This document shows, piece by piece, positions 57,801-64,000 of a stretch of DNA of 64,000 nt (position 1 is the first letter of the stretch; each line of letters starts with the position of its first letter). Position numbers and translations under genes: made by a program. The stretch spans positions 32,001 to 96,000 of the forward strand of contig JAJRWI010000069.1 of assembly GCA_024276825.1 (NCBI GenBank), written 5' to 3'. Below the pieces are notes generated by a model. The model searched no databases. It had not been told where the DNA came from and saw nothing but the letters and a program-made list of their open reading frames with translations. This DNA is from an archaeon (GTDB lineage: Archaea > Asgardarchaeota > Thorarchaeia > Thorarchaeales > Thorarchaeaceae).

Positions 57801-59585
57801 TCCAGCGCCTTCGTTGCCAGCAGAGAAGACATGAAGTACACCCTCATAGCTGGGATCAAGGATGCCAGGTGAAGACAGGACCTCCCAAGTCAGTGAGAGA
57901 TAGTCAAACTGACTGGATGGCTCAGTCACCCAACCCCAAGAGTTGGAAACAAGATCAGCCTTGTGATTACCAGTGTAGTAGAACTCACCAGATGTTTCAT
58001 TTAGATCGAAACCACAGACCCATAGGTAGGCACCATAGTCTGCAAGTCCAGACAGAGCGCGGACAGACATGATCTTAGCACCAGGTGCAATACCTTCCAT
58101 GTTGAAGTAAGACTTGTTGTCCTCGTTGTACCACTGCATGCCTTGAGCTGCGATGTGGCTTGCTGTGGCAGTACCGTGATTTCCATCATCTGTCAGAAGA
58201 CCGAAGGCCATACCATCGTCTCTGAAGCCGTGGAACATTGGGTCGTCATCAAACCAACCAGAACCATCATACAGCCAGGCAAGTGCACCAAGGCTGAAGT
58301 CGTCAACGCCGTCACCATTCATGTCAGCGGCAACGACAGGGTTGGTAAGATCAAAGACCTCATCATCGGTAAAGTCCCAGTCAAACTGTGCAACGATTGC
58401 ATCACGAGTGGCATTGTCTGTCAGATCATATGCCTCGTAGTAGATTGCACCGTCCCACATGTCAGTGAATCCAGCTGCGTCCTCCCAGTTGATTATAAGC
58501 TTGTACTGCTTATCAGCTGTGGAGTTGTACACCAGACAGGGTGCGAACACCTTAGCGTATGGTGAGCTGTGCTGCTGGAACACCCAGTTGACTGTGTAGT
58601 TTCCATTCACATTGCTTGGGTCAGGTAGCTTCCAATCCCTGATAATGTAATCAAGGATGTCACCCATGTCGATACCCCAGTAGTAGGCATAGAGCCAGAT
58701 GAAGCCGACTCTGCTGTAGTATGGGTGGGATGGATCACCATCACCGTAGAGGTATCGTGGGCTACCACCATTGTTTAGCAATGGATCCCAACCAGTGACG
58801 TTCAGGAATGTACCACTTGCGTTGGTGTAGGTCAGTAAGTTACCTGCTGCAACCCACTCAGTGATGTTATCAACTGGAGTAGTGTTTGCAATCTGTAGAA
58901 ATGTTAGACCCTCACCTGTCGGATCGTATGAGTCTATACTATAGGCATCCTGAAGAACTGGGTTACCAAAGTCTGTACCAGTGTCGATCAGACCCACAGT
59001 GACGCCAGAACCATTCACATTGAATGTGCTGGATGCTGTGTCTGCGTCAACAACCTCTTTGATTATGTCCATATCGACAGCACGCGTACCGAGATTCAAG
59101 CTGTCGATCTCACGAGCCAAGTCGTCTTTGATTGGCACTCTTGACACATCTGCGTCAATGATGCCGACGCCCTTGAGCTCAGCGAGCTTGTTCAGTTGGT
59201 CGGGTGATGACACTGAAACTGCAAATGATTTCATTATGACAAGGTCAACAAACCAGTCGACATTCACGATCTCTTTGACGGCATCAACGTCCACATTGGG
59301 AGATGCCACAACGAGAGCGCGGATATCGCCATTCTGCTTTGTGACGACCATGTCGCTCAGGTCCCCTGTCTCCATCCATTCGGCCAAGAGCGGGTCTATT
59401 CTAGCGGTGAAGCCTGGCTGTGCCAGTTCTTCGTACCACTGTTCAACCTGTTCTTGAGCTTTTGGAGAGAGCACAGGAGCAGGAGCTTTTTCTGCTCTGG
59501 CCACAGGACCTACAGGGGCCATAAACATGGAAAATGTAAGAACGGCCACGAAGAGCAGAACTGCAATTTTTCTTGCTTTGCTCAT
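54840..59585 (-). CDS. Large surface-anchored subtilisin-like (S8) serine protease
   Basis: Signal peptide. Triad LIDTG / NHGTATA / GTSQAAP, oxyanion SAGNEG. Thr/Pro linker, C-terminal TM, KKR. Confidence 0.92.
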   Translation of the reverse strand: MSKARKIAVLLFVAVLTFSMFMAPVGPVARAEKAPAPVLSPKAQEQVEQWYEELAQPGFTARIDPLLAEWMETGDLSDMVVTKQNGDIRALVVASPNVDVDAVKEIVNVDWFVDLVIMKSFAVSVSSPDQLNKLAELKGVGIIDADVSRVPIKDDLAREIDSLNLGTRAVDMDIIKEVVDADTASSTFNVNGSGVTVGLIDTGTDFGNPVLQDAYSIDSYDPTGEGLTFLQIANTTPVDNITEWVAAGNLLTYTNASGTFLNVTGWDPLLNNGGSPRYLYGDGDPSHPYYSRVGFIWLYAYYWGIDMGDILDYIIRDWKLPDPSNVNGNYTVNWVFQQHSSPYAKVFAPCLVYNSTADKQYKLIINWEDAAGFTDMWDGAIYYEAYDLTDNATRDAIVAQFDWDFTDDEVFDLTNPVVAADMNGDGVDDFSLGALAWLYDGSGWFDDDPMFHGFRDDGMAFGLLTDDGNHGTATASHIAAQGMQWYNEDNKSYFNMEGIAPGAKIMSVRALSGLADYGAYLWVCGFDLNETSGEFYYTGNHKADLVSNSWGWVTEPSSQFDYLSLTWEVLSSPGILDPSYEGVLHVFSAGNEGAGYMTIGPPGSAAGVLTVGASTSSHWLEYLYGPDQMDYESIASFSSRGPSFDGYPKPDVVAPGLAGYAAIPWYYSYFAGGWSAGPWWNPAYEANYTLFAGTSQAAPVAAGVVALLVEALNDNSVTWTAPMLKTIIQSTATDLGYNPAEQGFGRVDAYDAIDFVVNGGLVGATVDSYNYFMQLLGDAWAYWGILPSSIMGYTVNNTATPLASDIYDGGIYFGEVYPSDTATVHYNVYTAAGNMFDTPEAYAGLGAQSAYYFIEGDTFTFTDVTFSYNDTVMKDEQMYGYYNLSAAIGSAFDTALANYNYMTVAVSFDPADLDAGNPWMFLYDWEDVNGDGMPNLWNATSGQGNELTRITSASDDGNTNIIPFGVTAANFEAVLEGNLTLVIHDPLFDTGVTWWNTTGNPFTCTVTFWDTTPAPIVFADGGASYSVNITYTAPTEYGIHTGYVMIGSLMVPWSVMVKANISAAEGEVNTIVPNTNTELRPYDNAVWGCMESDPDDWDFRTYAIHVPHENASYLGVRVIWDNTGNDMYVAVLDNTNFILGEGSAKTPTTTAVLAEIDGIGDYYLFMHPIGLNGTDRLPVNYTLEVMWYESLTAQDVILSYTANDVTEAQAVADGDTLVGDHVVINATYPEFNLPNMPEFEVSDIQIGFLSGIFFDEVGTLVIPDSNYNPFSGAPVQLDQFAWMKVDGIKEGDNVAVTVDFTNGDCDIMAWWADTDNSTWTYNNNLLGDQMATGAKPEHGSFTADRSGSVMFGIFDYDLEEGSFELIVDTRVGVYESADGASVTYDTYQFLKNGTFQVQIVADTETNIGFEVNLAALTFQNFFAPKLTGVDVSVSGATVTLTWNATDKNAGDDLYYEVLLSSDGGLTYQLLSKNLTDTTYTWDSTGFYQKDTYRFMVRVYDNDPTVNPSVATGYWMGLSDSIESDTFTAGTVPVPTPTTTPPPETTTTTPVTGGLDPMILGLIAGVGVGVVVVLILFLVKKR

Positions 59586-59991
59586 TGTTACTCTTTCTCC
59601 TCACTTCTTTTGTAGAGAGTGTGCGGGCAAGCCGTATGTATATGGTCTTACCTCTCTTTTGCATACCATTCTCCAGCACCCGCCTAGAACACATATCCCC
59701 GGGGTCAAAGCGGGTACCTCTCCTCATAACACATTCTCTACTTTGAATGTGATTGTATCTCTTTGCGCGCACGCTATCATTTAAGGGTTACGACTATATT
59801 GATAATGGAATATCAGATATGCGCATCATAAAGGAGTAAAACATGGTTATACTTACCCTGTATCAAGAAAAAATGAGTTATATAGTTGAAATGGTCTAGT
59901 TTTGCCCCCATTATCGATAAGTCATTCCAAACATGATCTGAAATATCATCATCTGATTAATTAAAAAGTAAACTGTTTTTCGCAATACGAG

Positions 59992-60014
59992 AAAAGGGGG
60001 AGAATATTCCCCCT
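59992..60014 (-). terminator. Hairpin terminator overlapping the stop of the 60013-61116 gene
   Basis: AGGGGGA/TCCCCCT 7-bp stem followed by a short T run on the minus strand. Confidence 0.45.
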
Positions 60015-61116
60015 AACTTGTCTGACGAATAATTTTCTTAATTGTGTCAACTACGTCATGCATCAAAATGACTGCGCCGATTAGTTCCACACGAGGCTCT
60101 TCAATTGGCTTGTCTGGAGGGGGACTTGTGAGTTTGTCAATTGATTTCCCTAGAGCCTCCAGTAAGCCTGTAAGCACTTGCTGAGAGGCAGGATCAATAT
60201 TGCTTGATGAGATCTGTTGTGTCAATTGGGCAAACTCGGTCACTACGCTATCAAGAACATCATTCGCAAACTGAGAACGCTTCTGATACTCCTCCATCTT
60301 GCTTTGAAGTTCCTCCACTTGCTTGCGCAGATTTGCAAGAACATCAGACTCGACTGTGGGAGCAGTTGAACTTGCTGCAAGTTCAGCCTCGAGTTCCTGA
60401 ATCTTATCTTGCAGGTTACTGATTGTCTGGTCCTTAGCAGAAATAGTCTGGAGAAGTTCTGCTTCAATCTCAGAGGTGTCAACAGGAGCCGCCATAGTTG
60501 CTGTTATTCTGGCAATCTCAGCCTCTCGTTCCTGAATGCTCTCCTTTAGACTTGAAACCTCTTGATCAAGACTGGACAAAGCCTCCTCTTTCTGTGATAG
60601 AAACTCGTTCAGTTTCTTATTCTCAGCTTCCAATTCCTGCAGCGCCTTTCGTACTTGTTCATATTCTGACCGGACCTCTTTGAGTTCATTATTAAGGCGT
60701 TGAAAGTCAGGATCAGGAGGGGCAATCACCCGCATGGATAAAAGTGTAAACAGCACAGCAATAATCACAACATATGCAGTTCCAATTATCACAGAGCCAA
60801 ATAGTGTGTCAGTCATCCATTGAAGACCTGCAATGAAATAGCCCCAAGAACCGAATGTCAATTCTTCGGGACCCCACCAATAAGACCCATATCCACCGTA
60901 TATTACAAGTAGAATCGATGTCAAAAAGCAGACAATTCCAAAGAATAGTGTAATGTTTCTCTTGATACTCTCATGGTCCATATATCTTTGATAGAGTAGT
61001 AGAATCAGACCTATGAACAGCAAAGGAATTACATAAGGCAACACCGCAATGAGGTCACTGCCAGGGAATTGAAAGTCAATCAACAGGGTTATTTCTGGAA
61101 AGGGCTGGCCGGTCAT
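60013..61116 (-). CDS. Membrane protein with long coiled coil
   Basis: Three N-terminal TMs; heptad-rich aa ~138-290. Confidence 0.75.
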   Translation of the reverse strand: MTGQPFPEITLLIDFQFPGSDLIAVLPYVIPLLFIGLILLLYQRYMDHESIKRNITLFFGIVCFLTSILLVIYGGYGSYWWGPEELTFGSWGYFIAGLQWMTDTLFGSVIIGTAYVVIIAVLFTLLSMRVIAPPDPDFQRLNNELKEVRSEYEQVRKALQELEAENKKLNEFLSQKEEALSSLDQEVSSLKESIQEREAEIARITATMAAPVDTSEIEAELLQTISAKDQTISNLQDKIQELEAELAASSTAPTVESDVLANLRKQVEELQSKMEEYQKRSQFANDVLDSVVTEFAQLTQQISSSNIDPASQQVLTGLLEALGKSIDKLTSPPPDKPIEEPRVELIGAVILMHDVVDTIKKIIRQTS

Positions 61117-61238
61117 CTATTTTCCTCCATGAATTTACAATGAAAATAGAATACTTTGCGAAATAAATACTCTTTTACAATAGATTCAGCAATACAAAAT
61201 CAAAAGAAGGAGCCCAATATCGCTATCGGATACCGAGA

Positions 61239-61532
61239 TTATTCTGACCAAAGACGGGCCTTTTCAATTTCATGCTCCGCCACTATTAACTCCAGCACCT
61301 TCATTAATCGACATGCCTCATCAATTGATAGAAGAAAGGCACCTTTGACATTGCTGTCTTCACCAAGAGATATCCGAATCTTACCATCATTCACCCATCC
61401 CTCTGGGCTTCGTCCAGGACTTTGAAATTGTACCTCCATCCAAGTCCTGCGCTTTGCTCCTGTTTGTCTATCTTCAAAGAAGTGTTTCAATTGCAACCTG
61501 CGTCTGTACTGACCTTCACCCATTTTTATCAT
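61239..61532 (-). CDS. Small hypothetical protein (possible PC4/Whirly-like fold)
   Basis: Beta strands followed by an 'LSIDEACRL' helix; fold call is tentative. Confidence 0.55.
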   Translation of the reverse strand: MIKMGEGQYRRRLQLKHFFEDRQTGAKRRTWMEVQFQSPGRSPEGWVNDGKIRISLGEDSNVKGAFLLSIDEACRLMKVLELIVAEHEIEKARLWSE

Positions 61533-61681
61533 CCTGTTATATTCTGGACCATTGTCCTATGGAAATATCCCATTATTTGAATATGACTTCATTGCTCGGC
61601 AATTATGAGTGGTTAATATGAAATTCAACGCGCCCACGCAAAATCTTATCTTCATTACATAGGTCTTTTCAGTGCACAAAA

Positions 61682-64000
61682 ATGTCACTATCACTACTAA
61701 ACAAAACACGATTAGCGGCCCTTCTGATAATGGGGCTTCTTATTGCTCCGAACCCTATATTACTCACAAGTGCTAGGAGTTCGTCAGCCCAAATAGCCCG
61801 GGTTTTCATTGATCCAAAGATTGAGGATTTTGTGACAGACAACCCTGACGGAAAGATTCCGATAATTATGAAGTTTCAGGATGGGATGAAATTTAATGAC
61901 ATCTCCAAGATAATAGAGGGAATGGATATTCCGGGTATAGAAGTGCGGCATGTTTTCCATCTGATACCAATGGTTTCAGCATATGTGCCCAGAAATGTCC
62001 TTGGTCAGCTGGAAAGTGTTACATCGTTGGTTGGAATCGCTCTGGATGACAAGAAGACTATTCTACCACTGACAGAACACAACGATTGGATCATATCTAC
62101 ACCAGAGGGATACATTCACTCAGATGAGTTGCTCGGGGCCACTGATCTATGGGATCAAGGATACAATGGGAGTGATGTAACAATTGCAATTATTGACACA
62201 GGTGCTATGGGAGATCATCCAGACCTCCAAAATAGAATAATAGGATTCAAGGATTTCATAAATAATTTAGATGATCTAGACCCATCAGATGGGATTGATG
62301 CATATGATGATAATGGTCATGGAACAGCTTGTGCATGGCTTGCCGCAGGGACTGGAAAAAACACAGGTTTCAACCACTCAGGAATGGCTCCTGGAGCAGA
62401 CCTGTTGATAATTAAGGCGCTAGATGCAGAAGGGTCAGCTGACAACAGTATTTTATCTCAGGCCATCGAGTATGCTGCAGACTATGGTGTGGATGTAATT
62501 AGTATTAGTGTTGGGGGAGACTGGACCGATGGTCTTCTTTCACTTGATTCCACCATATTATCAGTGAAGAGCGCGATTGAATTAGGCGTCACTGTTGTTA
62601 TTGCTGCTGGAAATAGCGGCCCTGCCACAAACACAATAAACTCCCCAGGCCTTGTTGAGGAGGCAATCACAGTTGGGGCATCCGTTGCAGATCAAGGTGT
62701 GGTGGACTTCAGCAGCAGGGGACCTGTTGAGTTCGTTTCTGAGCAACCCAAGGGAGTATTTGCAAAGCCAGATATTGTAGCACCGGGCTATCAAGTTCTC
62801 TCTGGACGCTGGTATTCGTCAGATCCTTTTGAGTACCCACCAGATGATGACTTTGGACCATATTACACCCTGTTTTCGGGCACATCAGCCTCTGCACCAC
62901 AAGTAGCAGGTCTGGTCGCTCTACTGAAGGACAAATACAGTACTCTAACGCCGTTGCAGGCAAAGCTAGCCTTGATGAAAGGTGCTACTGATCTCAATGA
63001 AGACCCAATGGCCCAAGGTTGGGGTCTTGCAAATGTGTCAAGGGCAGCAGAATTGCTTGAGCTTGATCCCATTACAATCATGAGCCCAAGGCGATTTCCA
63101 GTGTTGCCTGATGGAACTAATGTCTTTGTCTATGGTGAAACACGCAAGCCGCAAAATGTGACTGTCATTTCTCAGATTGACAGAGGGCAACTGACAATCA
63201 CGACTTCAGGCAATGCGAGTGCGTTCATTGAAGTTGATGATGAAGTGGGTGTTTCCAAAGGATATTCATACTTTAGCATTGGTCTAGCAATCCCAGAAGA
63301 CCTCCCACTCAGTGCAATTGGAAATTATTTCGGAGTTCTTGAATTAAAGGAAGACTCAGCAGTAATTGCATCCATGGACTTGAAACTGAGAGTCACCACC
63401 TATGGTGGATCGCTCCTGGTTGATAGTTCTCACCATTCAAGCCTAGATCCAGACAGCCCCGATTCATATAGATACTTTGGTGAATATTTGAGAGAACAGG
63501 GAATAGTAATGGAAGAGCTGGGCAGTGTTGAGGCCCCTGCCACCATCACACTTGAAACTCTTCTGAAGCATGAAGCATTCATGATCATGGACACAGAGCT
63601 TACATATTCGGAAGAGGAGATTGAAGCTATTCATAGTTTCGTCAAGCAGGGAGGAACATTATTGATTCTTTCAGAGTTTTACAACTCGACAACTCAAGTT
63701 GCAAGCTTTGCCATTGACTCGTATAATCAGATTCTAGAGCCCTTTGGAATTCAGTGTGAGAGATATGAGATAGGCGTCGGTTCATCAGCATATGTTGGAC
63801 GAGTGTATGGAGCGAACCACGGAGGAGCTGTGGAAAACCATTCTCTTACTGAGGGGGTCGAGGACCTTTACATTCTTTATGGCAGCACATTAAGTGTTGA
63901 TCCTTCAGTGGCCGGTGCTCAAGGACTCTTATGGACTGATAGCGCTCGAACACATGCATTAATCGCCTATGCAGAATTTGGAGAGGGCAAAGTAATTGCC
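61682..64000 (+). CDS. S8 subtilase with downstream GIFT/DUF4350-like domain (Site-1-protease-like architecture); runs off the window
   Basis: Not in the ORF track. Hand translation from ATG 61682 gives a signal peptide, IAIIDTG, NGHGTACA, AAGNSG, FSGTSASAPQVAG, then MIMDTELTYSEEEI...LLILSEFYNST. Confidence 0.88.
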   Translation, partial: MSLSLLNKTRLAALLIMGLLIAPNPILLTSARSSSAQIARVFIDPKIEDFVTDNPDGKIPIIMKFQDGMKFNDISKIIEGMDIPGIEVRHVFHLIPMVSAYVPRNVLGQLESVTSLVGIALDDKKTILPLTEHNDWIISTPEGYIHSDELLGATDLWDQGYNGSDVTIAIIDTGAMGDHPDLQNRIIGFKDFINNLDDLDPSDGIDAYDDNGHGTACAWLAAGTGKNTGFNHSGMAPGADLLIIKALDAEGSADNSILSQAIEYAADYGVDVISISVGGDWTDGLLSLDSTILSVKSAIELGVTVVIAAGNSGPATNTINSPGLVEEAITVGASVADQGVVDFSSRGPVEFVSEQPKGVFAKPDIVAPGYQVLSGRWYSSDPFEYPPDDDFGPYYTLFSGTSASAPQVAGLVALLKDKYSTLTPLQAKLALMKGATDLNEDPMAQGWGLANVSRAAELLELDPITIMSPRRFPVLPDGTNVFVYGETRKPQNVTVISQIDRGQLTITTSGNASAFIEVDDEVGVSKGYSYFSIGLAIPEDLPLSAIGNYFGVLELKEDSAVIASMDLKLRVTTYGGSLLVDSSHHSSLDPDSPDSYRYFGEYLREQGIVMEELGSVEAPATITLETLLKHEAFMIMDTELTYSEEEIEAIHSFVKQGGTLLILSEFYNSTTQVASFAIDSYNQILEPFGIQCERYEIGVGSSAYVGRVYGANHGGAVENHSLTEGVEDLYILYGSTLSVDPSVAGAQGLLWTDSARTHALIAYAEFGEGKVIA

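Noticed and set aside
399-63081. Numerous short antisense or overlapping ORFs in the six-frame track (e.g. 399-629, 27987-28436, 33315-33791, 46822-47286, 59443-59772, 62482-63081)
   Set aside because: They are shadows of well-supported genes and carry no recognisable motifs.
1-64000. CRISPR arrays, tRNA/rRNA genes, IS elements
   Set aside because: No spaced direct repeats, cloverleafs, rRNA or transposase motifs found by eye.

Overview
Archaeal chromosomal window, most likely from an Asgard archaeon (Thorarchaeota-like). This is inferred from a Rab-like small GTPase, archaeal PheRS, TopoVI and RadA, bacterial-type grpE-dnaK-dnaJ, CofE, and very large C-terminally anchored surface proteins. 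The main feature is a ~15.7 kb, 16-gene, tightly coupled minus-strand operon (29636->13926). It combines a recombination/repair toolkit (divergent full-length RadA/Rad51, two short RadA paralogs with one dead Walker A, an Fe-S XPD/Rad3 helicase, a Hel308/HelQ helicase with an inserted SWIM zinc finger, a PIP-box FEN1/XPG nuclease) with four membrane proteins, one being a membrane-anchored, Walker-A-degenerate HerA/VirB4-like ATPase. It is a candidate membrane-coupled DNA import/recombination system with parallels to the eukaryotic HELQ, RAD51-paralog and Shu complexes. Nearby on the same strand, top6B-top6A encodes a TopoVI-A/Spo11 with a ~350-aa Lys-rich extension carrying two HhH domains. 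Other notable items: a 2608-aa prenyltransferase-repeat/Ig surface protein, a Site-1-protease-like S8+GIFT protein at the right edge, candidate structured leaders or attenuators (pheS, an MFS gene, an S8 protease), and several hairpin+U-tract terminators. I found no tRNA, rRNA, CRISPR array or mobile element. All assignments come from motif reading, not database searches.
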